Source: Octopus sinensis (Eukaryota). Taken from it: DNA of 64,000 nt. The notes under the pieces are model-generated. The model worked only from the letters and a program-made list of their open reading frames with translations. It did not search any database and was not told the origin of the DNA. A program made the position numbers and the translations under genes. The stretch lies in the NCBI RefSeq assembly GCF_006345805.1, contig NC_043018.1, forward strand, positions 3,906,001 through 3,970,000, in the 5' to 3' direction. Position 1 is the first letter of the stretch. Each line of letters begins with the position of its first letter. Positions 36,239 through 49,343 of the stretch are shown piece after piece.

Positions 36239-36912
36239 TTTTATTACCTCAGCCAAGGAAGGAGGTTACATTTTCATCGGCGTTGGCTTGTCCGTCTGTG
36301 TGCAAAATAACTCAAAAGGTTGTGAACTTGCAGGAAAAGTTGGTAATGACACAAGGAACAGATGATGAAATTTTGGTAGTGATCCAGGAATTTTTATGGA
36401 TTCTTGAAGGATTTTTCATTTGTTATATTTACTTTACATGAAGTAAAACAATGTTACGTTCTTTGATTATCTCCCTTGAAAACACGTTCATCATTTCCAT
36501 GTAACCTACGGTGGCGTTGCTGTTTCTAAAGTTTATTTTCGTTTCTCTATTAGTAATTTTACTCGTGTATCTATCTTAAAATGAGCTGCTTGGTGGAGGT
36601 CTGCAGAGAATGACATGACAAGCCTTGACTATTGGGATCGACTCAAAAAGCTCAGGCTTTGCTCCCTCCACTGCCATTGTGAAACTAGCTTGTTGTTGTC
36701 ATTGATGTATTATAAATGCTTCAGATGATTTTTGTTTTTAAAGTTTTTTTAAAAAAAAATCATATGACTGTGTTATTTTTTTTAACCCCGCCAATGGGGT
36801 TATGTTTTTGCTGGCGTTGGTTTGGGAAATTGGCCGATTTTCAGCATGCGTGTATAAGGGTGGAAATGAGCTGCCTGGCAGAGGTTTGCTCTGTCCGAGT
36901 GGTTTTCTAGTT
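36239..36912 (+). mobile_element. Two Helentron/HINE-like non-autonomous elements (36239-36606, 36779-36912)
   Basis: Sub-terminal inverted repeats ttattacctc(a)gccaag / cttggtggaggt, second copy ends ...ccgagtggttttctagtt. Confidence 0.45.
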
Positions 36913-36976
36913 TATATTTATTATTTGTTTTTTTATGTTACTTAGAATATTATTTCTTGTTTGTTTTTCTGCCCAG

Positions 36977-37047
36977 GTACCAGGTCTTACACAGTACCCA
37001 ACACTTACTTAGCCAATGTGGGAAGGAAACACAAGGAGATCACAAGG
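36977..37047 (+). CDS. TRMT2B: TRMT2B-like exon 6: (G)TRSYTVPNTYLANVGRKHKEITR
   Basis: Acceptor gcccag, donor AGG|GTAAGT, 71 nt, phase 1 to 0, consistent with both neighbours. Confidence 0.88.
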
Positions 37048-37189
37048 GTAAGTCTTAGTCCAGTCATAAAGCCATGAAGAGAACTTAAATGCCTTCTCAT
37101 AATCCAAACAGTTTTTAAGGGATGGTTTTTGGTATTTTGGGACAATGATATGAGTTACATTTACAGCCTCTGTAGCTTTATTTCGGCCT

Positions 37190-40180
37190 TTCATAGCTAC
37201 ACTTACGACCCTCATAGCTACACTTACAACCTTCATAGCTACACTTACAACTCCCATAGCTACACTTACAACTCCCATAGCTACACTTACAACCTCCATA
37301 GTTACACTTACAACCTCCATAGCTACACTTACAACTCCCATAGCTACACTTACAACCTTCATAGCTACACTTACAACTCCCATAGCTACACTTACAACTC
37401 CCATAGCTACACTTACAACCTCCATAGCTACACTTACAACTCCCATAGCTACACTTACAACCTCCATAGTTACACTTACAACCTTCGTAGCTACACTTAC
37501 AGCCTCCATAGCTACATTTACAACCTCCATAGCTACATTTACAACCTCCATAGCTACACTTACAACCTCCATAGCTACACTTACACCTCCATAGCTACAC
37601 TACAACCTCCATAGCTACACTTACAACCTCCATAGTTACACTTACAACCTCCATAGCTACACTTACAGCCTCCATAGCTACATTTACAACCTCCATAGCT
37701 ACACTTACAACCTCCATAGCTACACTTACAACCTCCATAGCTACACTACAACCTTCGTAGCTACACTTACAACCTTCGTAGCTACACTTACAGCCTCCAT
37801 AGCTACATTTACAACCTCCATAGCTACATTTACAACCTCCATAGCTACACTTACAACCTCCATAGCTACACTTACAACCTCCATAGCTACACTTACAACC
37901 TCCATAGCTACACTTACAGCCTCCATAGCTACATTTACAACCTCCATAGCTACACTTACAACCTCCATAGCTACACTTACAACCTCCATAGCTACACTTA
38001 CAACCTTCGTAGCTACACTTACACCTTCGTAGCTACACTTACAGCCTCCATAGCTACATTTACAACCTCCATAGCTACATTTACAACCTCCATAGCTACA
38101 CTTACAACCTCCATAGCTACACTTACAACCTCCATAGCTACACTTACAACCTTCGTAGCTACACTTACAGCCTCCATAGCTACATTTACAACCTCCATAG
38201 CTACACTTACAACCTCCATAGCTACACTTACAACCTCCATAGCTACACTTACAACTCCATAGCTACACTTACAACCTTCGTAGCTACACTTACAACCTCC
38301 ATAGCTACACTTACAACCTCCATAGTTACACTTACAACCTCCATAGCTACACTTACAGCCTCCATAGCTACATTTACAACCTCCATAGCTACATTTACAA
38401 CCTCCATAGCTACACTTACAACCTCCATAGCTACACTTACAACCTCCATAGCTACACTTACAACCTTCGTAGCTACACTTACAACCTCCATAGCTACACT
38501 TACAACCTCCATAGTTACACTTACAACCTCCATAGCTACACTTACAGCCTCCATAGCTACATTTACAACCTCCATAGCTACATTTACAACCTCCATAGCT
38601 ACACTTACAACCTCCATAGCTACACTTACAACCTCCATAGCTACACTTACAACCTTCGTAGCTACACTTACAACCTTCGTAGCTACACTTACAGCCTCCA
38701 TAGCTACATTTACAACCTCCATAGCTACATTTACAACCTCCATAGCTACACTTACAACCTCCATAGCTACACTTACAACCTTCGTAGCTACACTTACAAC
38801 CTTCGTAGCTACACTTACAGCCTCCATAGCTACATTTACAACCTCCATAGCTACATTTACAACCTCCATAGCTACACTTACAACCTCCATAGCTACACTT
38901 ACAACCTCCATAGCTACACTTACAACCTTCGTAGCTACACTTACAACCTCCATAGCTACACTTACAACCTCCATAGTTACACTTACAACCTCCATAGCTA
39001 CACTTACAGCCTCCATAGCTACATTTACAACCTCCATAGCTACACTTACAACCTCCATAGCTACACTTACAACCTTCGTAGCTACACTTACAACCTTCGT
39101 AGCTACACTTACAGCCTCCATAGCTACATTTACAACCTCCATAGCTACATTTACAACCTCCATAGCTACACTTACAACCTCCATAGCTACACTTACAACC
39201 TTCGTAGCTACACTTACAACCTTCGTAGCTACACTTACAACCTCCATAGCTACACTTACAACCTCCATAGCTACACTTACAACCTCCATAGCTACACTTA
39301 CAACCTTCGTAGCTACACTTACAACCTCCATAGCTACACTTACAACCTCCATAGCTACACTTACAACCTTCGTAGCTACACTTACAGCCTCCATAGCTAC
39401 ATTTACAACCTCCATAGCTACATTTACAACCTCCATAGCTACACTTACAACCTCCATAGCTACACTTACAACCTTCGTAGCTACACTTACAACCTTCGTA
39501 GCTACACTTACAACCTTCGTAGCTACACTTACAGCCTCCATAGCTACATTTACAACCTCCATAGCTACACTTACAACCTCCATAGCTACACTTACAACCT
39601 TCGTAGCTACACTTACAACCTCCATAGCTACACTTACAACCTCCATAGTTACACTTACAACCTCCATAGCTACACTTACAGCCTCCATAGCTACATTTAC
39701 AACCTCCATAGCTACACTTACAACCTCCATAGCTACACTTACAACCTTCGTAGCTACACTTACAACCTTCGTAGCTACACTTACAGCCTCCATAGCTACA
39801 TTTACAACCTCCATAGCTACACTTACAACCTCCATAGCTACACTTACAACCTTCGTAGCTACACTTACAACCTCCATAGCTACACTTACAACCTCCATAG
39901 CTACACTTACAACCTCCATAGCTACACTTACAACCTTCGTAGCTACATTTACAGCCTCCATAGCTACACTTACAACCTCCATAGCTACACTTACAACCTT
40001 CGTAGCTACACTTACAGCCTCCATAGCTACACTTACAACCTCCATAGCTACACTTACAACCTTCGTAGCTACACTTACAGCCTCCATAGCTACACTTACA
40101 ACCTCCATAGCTACACTTACAACCTTCGTAGCTACACTTACAGCCTCCATAGCTACACTTACAACCTTATAGTTACACTT
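37190..40180. repeat. 21-bp minisatellite (TAGCTACACTTACAACCTCCA)n, roughly 140 units, TRMT2B intron 6
   Basis: Five recurring single or double-base variants arranged in higher-order blocks, degenerate edges. Confidence 0.98.
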
Positions 40181-40814
40181 GTATCTTGCATATTTTCTTG
40201 ATGCTAATCTTAATCCATTTTGCCTGGTGGTTGTCACTTCTTCTTGGTCCTTGTGTGCCTTTTAGTAAGGTGCACTCTGTTGTACATATTTGGGAGTGAC
40301 TTCTCTGGTTTGAGGGTCGCTTTCTCCCCTCCCACACCTGTAAAAAATGAAAGAAAAACACCCTTTACAAAAGGGGATCTCAACCATTCTTTATCTATGG
40401 ACCCCCAAGAGTCAAATGGACCCTAATTGAGGCTATTTCTTTATAGATTGACCCATGTCATATTAAGCTGCCATACAGCTCTTATTGAACAACATGTGAT
40501 CAAAAGCATTCCAGCCATGCCCACTCTGTCTTTGATTAAGTTATAATGTATCCAGAACGATATTATTCTGGGTATGTGCTTTCCTTTGCTTTTCAAGAGG
40601 GCATGATGTGATTCGGTTTAGGTTAGGCTGCTTTTTCTTGCAGCGCAAGCAACCATGTTGAGGCCTTTTCCTTTGGCTTGAAGGAACTGGTATTTGGCTT
40701 TGGTTTTGTTGCATGAAGTGGATGTGAGACAAACCTCCTCATGGATAAGTTACCAGCATGCCAAAAGTTAATCTTCCCTAAAGTTGGGTGGCTTAACAGC
40801 ACTGAGTGTCTCCT

Positions 40815-41340
40815 CTCCCCCTCCTCCTCTACCTCCTCCTCTACCTCCTCCCTCCTCCACCTCCTCCTCCTCCTCCGCCTCCTCTACCTCCACCTCCTCC
40901 TCCACCTCCACCTCATCTACCTCCTCCTCTCCTCTACCTCCTCCTCCTCCTCCTCCTCCGCCTCCTCTACCTCCACCTCCTCCTCCACCTCCTCCTCCAC
41001 CTCCTCCTCCTCTACCTCCTCCCTCCTCCACCTCCTCCTCAACCACCCCCTTCTCTACCTCCACCACCTCCCCATTCCTCTTCCCCCATCTCCCTCCTCG
41101 TCCCCCCTCCCCTTCTCCCCTCGTTCTACCTTCTCATCCTCCTCCTCACCACCACCACCATCATCATCATCATCACAATCATGCCGCTGCCAACATCTTC
41201 ATTACTCACAATCATTCATCACCCCCATCACCATCTCCACTGCCACTGTCACAATCATCATCACCATCATCATAGCACACTCTCTCACCACCACCACCAC
41301 CATTTCACTGTCATCATCATCATCATCATCATCAACAATG
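40815..41340. repeat. (CCT)n/(CAT)n/(CAC)n low-complexity tract
   Basis: Source of the spurious poly-P/poly-S ORFs just upstream of TRMT2B exon 7. Confidence 0.95.
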
Positions 41341-41394
41341 GAACAGCTGACCACTTCACTCATCACCTTTTTATTCTTTTTGGTAATTTTCCAG

Positions 41395-41568
41395 GCGTTT
41401 GGAGATTTCATCAGCACGTCGTCCTTTGATCCTTTCATCTGGCCGGAATTCGAGGGTCTGGGAAAACCGCACCAACCGACGGGACACTGGCGGATCATGT
41501 CAGTCCGCTCGTCAACACTTGGTCAGTCTATGGCCTACATTATCTTCCATCCACAGAGAAAGTCTGAG
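41395..41568 (+). CDS. TRMT2B: TRMT2B-like exon 7: AFGDFISTSSFDPFIWPEFEGLGKPHQPTGHWRIMSVRSSTLGQSMAYIIFHPQRKSE
   Basis: Acceptor ttttccag, donor GAG|GTTTGT, 174 nt. GxWRxxxVR...MAxIxFHPQ motif as recalled for TRMT2B. Confidence 0.92.
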
Positions 41569-42847
41569 GTTTGTATATGACGTGTTCCCTTCACCACCAC
41601 CACCACCACCACCACCACCACCTCCACCACCACTAACAACAACAACTTCTGGTGGTGGAAGTGGGGGAGAGCTTCGTTTCCAAAACTTTTCTTGGGTGGT
41701 TTTTCCATATGTAGAGAGAGCTCAAGGGGGACCTGCATTTAATCTGTAAGTAAGTCAATGAGGGCAACAGGGTTGGTGAGGGGAGAATATTAACCCTTCA
41801 TAATCATCATCATCTAACGTCTGTCCTCCCTGCTGGCATGGATCAGACGGTTTCACTTGATTCTGCGTACTGGAGGCCTGCATCAAGTTCCACTGTCTGC
41901 TTTGGCATGGTTTCCACAGCTGGGGACCCTTCCTAATACCAACCACTTTACAGGGTGGCACTGGGTGCTCTTTTCATGGCACTGGTGCTAGTTTGGGGAG
42001 TCGCAACTCACAAATCAGAAAGAACACCTGATTGCGTTGGGGTTGTTGTAGAGAAGAGAGGTGGCTTCATGTCAGATGTTGAGAGGATAGATTAGGACAG
42101 AGAGAAAGAGGCACAGGTGTCTTGTAACAGAGGAGACACATGACCATCCTACAAGGATTGTGGGGTGGGGAAGTAACTGGAAAGAAGATGAAGAGGATGA
42201 GGAAGAGTGTTGAGGAGGCTGAGTTTGTAAGAGTGTGAGAAGAGGGTGGAGGGGTTAGCTGTGTTAGCCTATAGAATCAGAAGTACCCAGTGCACTCTTT
42301 GGAGTGGTTGGGATTAGGCAGGGCATCCAGCTGTGGAAACCATGCCAAAGCAGGCTGTTGGAAGCAGAGCAGCTCTCCAGCTGGCCATCACCCCTGTCAA
42401 AAGGTGCAGCAACCCATGCCAGCTTAGAAAACGGACATTAAATGATGAGGATGTACCAAAACATGGCTGATGAGTGCAAGAATCATAATGAAACTCTTAC
42501 CTGTTTATTTTATACCAATTACAGGTGTTACTTTGCAGTACCACTTGTGCAGGTGCATGGCTGAGTGGTTAGGGTGTTGGGCTAATGATTGTAAGATTGC
42601 GGTTTCAATCCTTTGACTGGGCAATGCATTGTTTTCTTGAGCAAACCATTTCATTTTACAATGATCCAGCCCACTTGCCTGCAACACACTGGTGACCCAT
42701 CCTGAAGGGAATTTATATGCCACAGAAACCCCTATGAGTTTGTATGATTAGGCAAGTATCTTCTTTATCCTTCATCCTCATTGCAGGCTTTGGGACAGAG
42801 GAATATTTCTAGATTTTTACGTGATTTTACAGAATGATTGCCATGGG

Positions 42848-43088
42848 TTAACCCTGTAACATTCAGATTGTTAGCTCATTCATTTACATTGCTTTAAATC
42901 AATCGTTCATTTATCTCGTTGCTTTGATATTTGGATAATGTGATTGTATATTTCTATAGAAATATGACATTGTAGGGAAGGTGTGAGAGGCTGGATTTGG
43001 CCACTTTGAACATAAAAAACAAGTAGAATATTTGGGTCTTGTATCATCATCATCATCGTCATCATCGGATTAAATGCCGAAGGGTTAA
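42848..43088. mobile_element. piggyBac-type MITE
   Basis: TTAA-CCCT ... AGGG-TTAA termini. A related element lies at about 48207-48432. Confidence 0.65.
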
Positions 43089-43358
43089 ACAGTTTTTCTG
43101 AAGTGCACGTATGGCTGTGTGGTTATCAAGCTTGCTTCCCAACGATGTGTTTTTTGGTTCAATCCCATTGTGAGGCATTTTGGGCGAATGTCCTTCATAG
43201 TCACAAGTCTTCTCAGTAAAAATAGTCAGTGCAGATTTTACATTACGTTTGATAAAATAAGTACCAGTTATATTCTGGGGTTGGGGATGAAGCGAAAGTA
43301 AGATTTGACTCCTAGATGGTATAAGTACTTGTGTCACTGTGTCCCAATAATATTGCAG

Positions 43359-43453
43359 GATATTCAAATGAAGGCCAAAGAAGAATTATTGAACTATTTT
43401 CAAAATGGTCCAGGAAGACTTTGTGGCTTGGACACCCTTTTTTTCCAACCAAC
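43359..43453 (+). CDS. TRMT2B: TRMT2B-like exon 8: DIQMKAKEELLNYFQNGPGRLCGLDTLFFQP(T)
   Basis: Acceptor ttgcag, donor AC|GTAAGT, 95 nt. GPGxxCGLxxLxFQ is recalled as TRMT2B-type. Confidence 0.93.
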
Positions 43454-43517
43454 GTAAGTTCTCACCTTCTTTCTCAGTTTAATAATAATAATAATGTTGT
43501 TGTTGTTGTTGTTGTTG

Positions 43518-43549
<32 letters not shown>

Positions 43550-44813
43550 TTCTTCTTCTTCTCCTCCTCCCCCTTCTTCTCCTCCTCCCCTCCTCTCCTT
43601 CTTCTCCTCCTCCTCCTCCTTCTTCCTCCTCCTCCACCCTCTTCTTCTTCTTCTTCTTCTTCTCCTTCTTCTCCTTCTTCTTCTCCCCCCATCCCCCCAT
43701 CCACTGGCAATGTGCAGCCTATCCTGTTCTTTGTTTTCATTCCCCCTTTGCCAGGGCTACAGATTCCGCTTCTTTGTGTATTGCGTCAGTTGGTCTCGCT
43801 GTTGTGTTTTGCCTGTTGTTTCTTGTGTTATATTTGTGTTTGTTGTATTTAGTGTGAGTTACGTCATCATCACCACCACCATCATCATCATCATCATTTG
43901 ATGTCTGTCTTCCGTATTGGGATGAGTCGGACTGTTTGACAAGAACTGGCCAACCAGAGAGCTGCACCAGGCCCCACTCGTCTGCCTTGGCTCTGCTTCC
44001 CACGGCTGGATGCTGCCCTCCCCAATGCCAACCACTTTACACTGTGCGCTTGGTGCATTTTACAGGGTACCAGCACCAGCAGCAGGGTTGCCGAATAACT
44101 TGCAAGACAAAGACCCCCTTGGCTGGGTGGGGAAATGGAACTGAGGGAGGTGGTTTGTGCCAGGTGAGAGGTTAAAGTATAAGGGAGGGGTAGATATAGG
44201 GGTCATGTTTTATTTCATTTGGTGCTTATTGTATAGGGGACTGGATGGTATGGCTAATGAAGAAGGGAGCATCATTGAAATTAAAAGAGAGGTGTATGAT
44301 GCCAGTGTGAGGTGGGCCCTTAATTATTGGAATGGGGTGTTGGTGATGAGTGGCAGGGAAGGCTGGAAAGAATAGAAATGAGAATGGGCTGGGAGATGAG
44401 CAGAGAGAGAGAGAGAGAGAGGGGGGAGGAGGAAGACAAGTGCTGGATTGCATGGAATGATGAGAACTGAATTAGTAATTAATTTAAAAAGTAATGGGAT
44501 AACATAGTTAGGTCATGTGCTGACAGATGATAAATGTGACTGGGGGAGAGGAAATGAATGAAAGGAAATGGAAGAATTCTGAGAAAGATATGGCTAAAGA
44601 TGGTGGAGCAGGAAATAAGGATTAGCAGGGTTGATGACTAGGGGGATATAGATTATTAATCAAAATAAAAGAAAACTAGTATGGAGCTTCCCATGCTATC
44701 CCATAAGGAAAACAACATTAAAATTCTCACTGTCATTAATGTGTAAGAAGGAGCTAAATATTAAACAATGTTTGATACTGACATCCAATGCCTTACTGCT
44801 ATTTCTGTTTCAG

Positions 44814-45028
44814 ACTCAGTTCCAGAGCCAATGCCGGAATTGTGCCATTCCAGTTGCTCTATGGTCAACCGTACATTACTGAACGCCTGCTCAACTGTAC
44901 ATTCCGAATATCCATAGACTCTTTCTTTCAGATCAACGTCAGTGCTGCTGAGGTGTTGTATTCTGTCATCAAAGATTGCGCCAAGTTAAAACCAACTGAT
45001 GTATTCCTTGACATCTGCTGTGGAACTG
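44814..45028 (+). CDS. TRMT2B: TRMT2B-like exon 9: LSSRANAGIVPFQLLYGQPYITERLLNCTFRISIDSFFQINVSAAEVLY...VFLDICCGT(G)
   Basis: Acceptor tttcag, donor G|GTAAGC, 215 nt. Carries FFQIN and the SAM-binding motif LDICCGTG. Confidence 0.97.
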
Positions 45029-46580
45029 GTAAGCCATTATTGTTTCAATGACTCTTTGTTGGTAGTTTATTGTTGGTAGTCCACTATTAGGAAGGCACTA
45101 TATGTGAAGGCAACGATGACTACACGAAGATTTGTATGAATTCTTCATATTTCTAATTACCCAGAACATTTGAATTTACATATTACTTACCTGTTACCCA
45201 TTTCAGCGACCATGCTGCAGTGCCACTTTAAAGGGTTTAGTCTAACAAACTAACCCCAGTGCATATTTCTTAGTTTGGTACTTATTCTATTGGTCTCTTT
45301 TGCTGAACTGTTAAGTTATAGGAATGGAAAAAAAACAGTGGTTGCCAAGTAGTGGTGGACAAACACACATACGTATGTATATGCACACACACACACACAC
45401 ATATGCACACATACACACACTTACTATGGGATTCCACACAGTTTCCATCTACCAGATTCACTCACAAGACATTGAGCAGCCCAGGGCTATTGTAGAAGAC
45501 ATTTGCCCAAGGTGCTGTGCAATGGGACTGAACCTGAAATTATATATTTACAAAGTGAGCTTCTTATCACACCATCATACCTCTGTACAACATCGTACAA
45601 ACGATAATGAATGTGGCATTATCAACATTTATTGTATAAAATATTCCAATCACATGGTTCTGGGTTCAGTCCCACTGCGTGGTACCTTGGACAACTGTCT
45701 TCTACTCTTGCCTCAGGTCGATCAAATCCTTGTGAGTGGATTTGGTAGATGGAAACTGTAAGAAGCCTGTTTATGTGTGTGTGTGTGTGTTTGTCCCCTA
45801 CCACCTCTTGACAAATAAGTTACAGGCTTTAAGTACTGGGACTAATTTGTTTGACTAAAACCTTCTAGGTGGTGCCCCAGCATGGTCGTAGTCCAATGGC
45901 TGTAACAAATAAGTGATAAATGATAAAAATCATTCATAGTTTATTAAAGGCAAAATAAGTATAAGACAGTGAGAACACCCTCTCACAAAACTGACTGACA
46001 GAGTTCTATGTAACATCTAATCTCAGTTTTTTATAATGCTTCATGCAGCTTCTAGAAAATTTGACCAAATTATTTGACAGGAAATTTTCAGCTTGCTTGG
46101 TTACACACCTGCAAATTCGACTGGCTGAGTTGTGTATGCATTAACACCTTTTATGGTGACACAACTGATTTTTCGAAACTGGCCCTTGACTTTTGTGGTT
46201 GAATGATAGACTACAATCCTGAGTTGGGGTACCTGAATATCACGGTTCAAAATTCTGCTGGAGTCTTCTTACATTGTTATTGTTATGGTTGCTAAGTAAC
46301 ACCAAGTTGGCCCTGATTGAACAGTTTTACAGCACACAAGCTGTCAGCTAAATGGTAAAGTACTTGCTGTAGAGTCACCATCACACTTTTGCCATGCTTA
46401 CCCTCCGTCCTTGCTTGAGGACAACTTATGTTGTGTTGGCTGAGGTCAGCCTTGATCAAGTAGACCTATAGTGCAACACAATAGCTGAGTGAATGACAAG
46501 GCATGATCTATCGATAATATCTTCCCAGTTATACTGTATCACCTCTGTCCAGCAGTTGACCATACTACACATTCCAGCAC

Positions 46581-46715
46581 ACAGTCTGGACATATTGCAG
46601 GATAGTTTGACAGTCTGGACATATTGCAGGATAGTTTGACAGTCTGGACATATTGCAGGATAGTCTGACTGTCTGGACATATTGCAGGATAGTCTGACAG
46701 TTTGGACATATTGCA
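46581..46715. repeat. 29-bp tandem repeat, about 4.6 copies
   Basis: ACAGTCTGGACATATTGCAGGATAGTTTG units starting at 46581, 46610, 46639, 46668, 46697. Confidence 0.9.
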
Positions 46716-47225
46716 TTCTGTACACTGTGTCAACTCTGGTATTCTTGTAGATTCTGGTGGTGACCTCAGACGATATGGAGAAGGTAGACTTAGTCAAATC
46801 ATGACAGTTGCTATTCCCCTGTACTTACTGCGACCTGTGTGCACCCCATGTTGTAAGCATGTCTGGGTGTGCTGAGGTAGTTTTCCATAGAGCAACAAAG
46901 AGTGTAACAGCTGAAGCTTGTCATAGCAACAAGCTATGTATCTCACTCGCCCACCTGTTATTCTCTTCCTCATCCTCATCATCATTATGATGTCCACTTT
47001 TCCACACTTGCATGAGTTAGATGGAATTTGTTGAGGCAGAGTTTCTGTGACTGGAATCCATTCCTGTTGCCAACACTTACCTGGTTCCAAGTCTGTTGAT
47101 ATTTCTCTGTGGCTGGACATGTTCACATGTGAGATTGGAAATGAAGGACATTGCTTGTGGCACTATTTTCATCACACCTCTGTGACACGGTCATTGATTC
47201 TAAAATTGTCTTGTTTTAATTTCAG

Positions 47226-47327
47226 GTTCAATTGGTATCTCGATGGCAGCCAGTGCCAAAAGACTGTTTGGTGTAGAAATTATCCAGCAAGCCATCGATG
47301 ACGCTAAACTAAATGCAAAACTAAACA
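47226..47327 (+). CDS. TRMT2B: TRMT2B-like exon 10: (G)SIGISMAASAKRLFGVEIIQQAIDDAKLNAKLN
   Basis: Acceptor tttcag, donor A|GTAAGT, 102 nt. GVEI..QAxxDA..NA motif. Confidence 0.96.
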
Positions 47328-47859
47328 GTAAGTTATTATTTATATATTTATTATATACAGGATGTCAAGATGGTGAACTGGCAGAATGGTTAGCATGCTG
47401 GATGAAATGCTTTGTGGCATTTCACCTGTCAGAAAGTTCTGAGTTAAAATTCTGCCGAGGTCGACTTTGCAATTCATCCTTTTGGTGGGTTGATAAATCA
47501 AGTACCAGTTGAGTACTGGGTCGATGCAATCGACTGTCCCCCTCCCCACAAAATCCAGGCCTTGTGCCTATAGTAGAAAGGATATATAGAAGGTACCCTC
47601 CAGAAAATGTATACACACACATGGAATGATTATAAAGTCAGGGTTTATTGAAATGCATTTCATTTTTAAACTTGAACAGAATCTACTGACAAGATTTAAT
47701 GTTGTTATGAAAGCCTGTTTTCAAACTGATGACTGTTTTGGTCTAGGCTGATAATGTGAAACGAAGAAACCACAAATATCAAGAAGCATTTCATTTGGCA
47801 TTTTTGTGCATTCCAATTCTGTGGTTGCACTCAATTCTTCAACTGTTACTGGTTTTGTA

Positions 47860-48830
47860 CTGTAAACTTTATCTTTTAAGTATGCTCATAAAAGAAGGCT
47901 AGTGGTATGAGATCCAGTGAACGTGAAGGGTGTTCTACAGAATCTCTTCATCCAATCCACCTGTTTGGCAAAATCTCATCAAGTTAGACCCTTACCTTAT
48001 TATGGTTGTGTAGAGGTGCCTCACTTTACTGGAAATCAAACTCCAGATCTTTAAAGTCCTCTTGAATGCATGGCATAACAAGATGGTTACTGCAAGTTCA
48101 AGTAAATGGTGCCAGTCACAATACTGTTAAAGAAGAAGGTCCAATTAATCCTTTTGATGATGAGCTGTACCATACTGTAACTGTAAATTAACATGAAGTG
48201 CCTCCCTAACCCTTTAGCATTAAACTGGTTGTATGTGGCTCATAAAGTCTATCAGTTTTATGTTGAAACTGGCCAGATCCAGCCTCTCACACCTACCCTA
48301 CAATATTGTTCTAAAAATAAACAATCACATCATGGAAATCTCAAGGCTATGAGATAATCCAGGATTAGTTTTTAAAAAATGTGAATAAATAAGCATCGCA
48401 TTTGATAAATTAATCTGAGTGTTAAAGGGTTTATATGCCTGCTCTCTGGTGCCCTGTAGGTGCAATTGTGGTGGTTAATTGATCCATTTAATTAAAATGT
48501 AGCCTCATTACTCCAAACAATCTTTGTTAGAAAGTGTGTATCTTCTGCACATTTTGCCAAATACCACTTGCAAAACTCCCTTTTTTGGTCAGGATCATCT
48601 TCAATGAGACCATGGACTATTCTTGGAGTGTAACATTTCCCATGACAGCATTTCAAAATTCAATGAATGCTTGATTTTGAAATTCCTGTCTCATGGTTCA
48701 CTTGTCACATAGATTTTCTTGAACTCTGACAAGATCTTCCCTGTATTCTTCCTTGCTTCATGGGGCTTGTTGGTGTCTGCAGTCTCCTGGAATGTTCCTT
48801 GTGGACATTCTGAACAGTTCCATCGGCTTC
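47860..48830 (-). mobile_element. Degenerate Tc1/mariner-superfamily transposase
   Basis: Stop-riddled GISKSSIH.ILK...[14 protein letters not shown] and VTVW....GLIGP...LDEILPNRWIG....HPSRSLDLIPLAFF. Confidence 0.75.
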
Positions 48831-49217
48831 AGACATATCTTGAAGTTGAGTCCTGATAAGTCCCATAAGCAGAGCTCTGTTTCAAACTCCCTCTTTACAC
48901 TTTGACCGTATTTTCAAACTTCCAGTAGCACTTCAGGACAAACTTTCTTTGTGAAAAGCTCAGCCTAACTCCCTTCATTATATGCATGCGTGTATGGACA
49001 CATGTACATATACACTTGTGAACATACGGACCCACCCATAGTTTTAAGCCCTTATCTCCTAGCATAAAGCTACCTCCTAGGGATCTGTTGTTTTGCAAGG
49101 TGCACAATAAGCTCATTAGTACTGCTGGCACTAATGCAACCCCTACACCCGCACACATACACTTACCTACTCAAAGGCCACTCAACCTATTTGTGTTTTT
49201 TTTTTTTTCTCTTGCAG

Positions 49218-49343
49218 ATGTTAACAATGTCGAGTTTATCTGTTCCAGAGCCAGTGAAGCTTTGAAAAAGATTTCTGTTGGTGCCTACTTTGATATAAAT
49301 GAAACTGCTGTTGCAGTGGTAAACCCTGGCCGAAATGGAGTCA
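49218..49343 (+). CDS. TRMT2B: TRMT2B-like exon 11: (N)VNNVEFICSRASEALKKISVGAYFDINETAVAVVNPGRNGV
   Basis: Acceptor cttgcag, donor A|GTAAGT, 126 nt. VVNPxR in place of the DPPR of TRMT2A/RlmD. Confidence 0.95.

Noticed and set aside
38249-40237. 662-aa ORF (MEVVSVA)n as a real protein gene
   Set aside because: It is entirely a 21-bp minisatellite, antisense inside a TRMT2B intron, with no splice or promoter support and frames broken by 1-bp deletions nearby. Kept only as a repeat finding.
40741-41580. 279-aa Ser/Pro-rich ORF and overlapping poly-Pro/poly-Gly ORFs
   Set aside because: Only 41395-41568 is coding (TRMT2B exon 7). The rest is (CCT)n/(CAT)n intron read-through.
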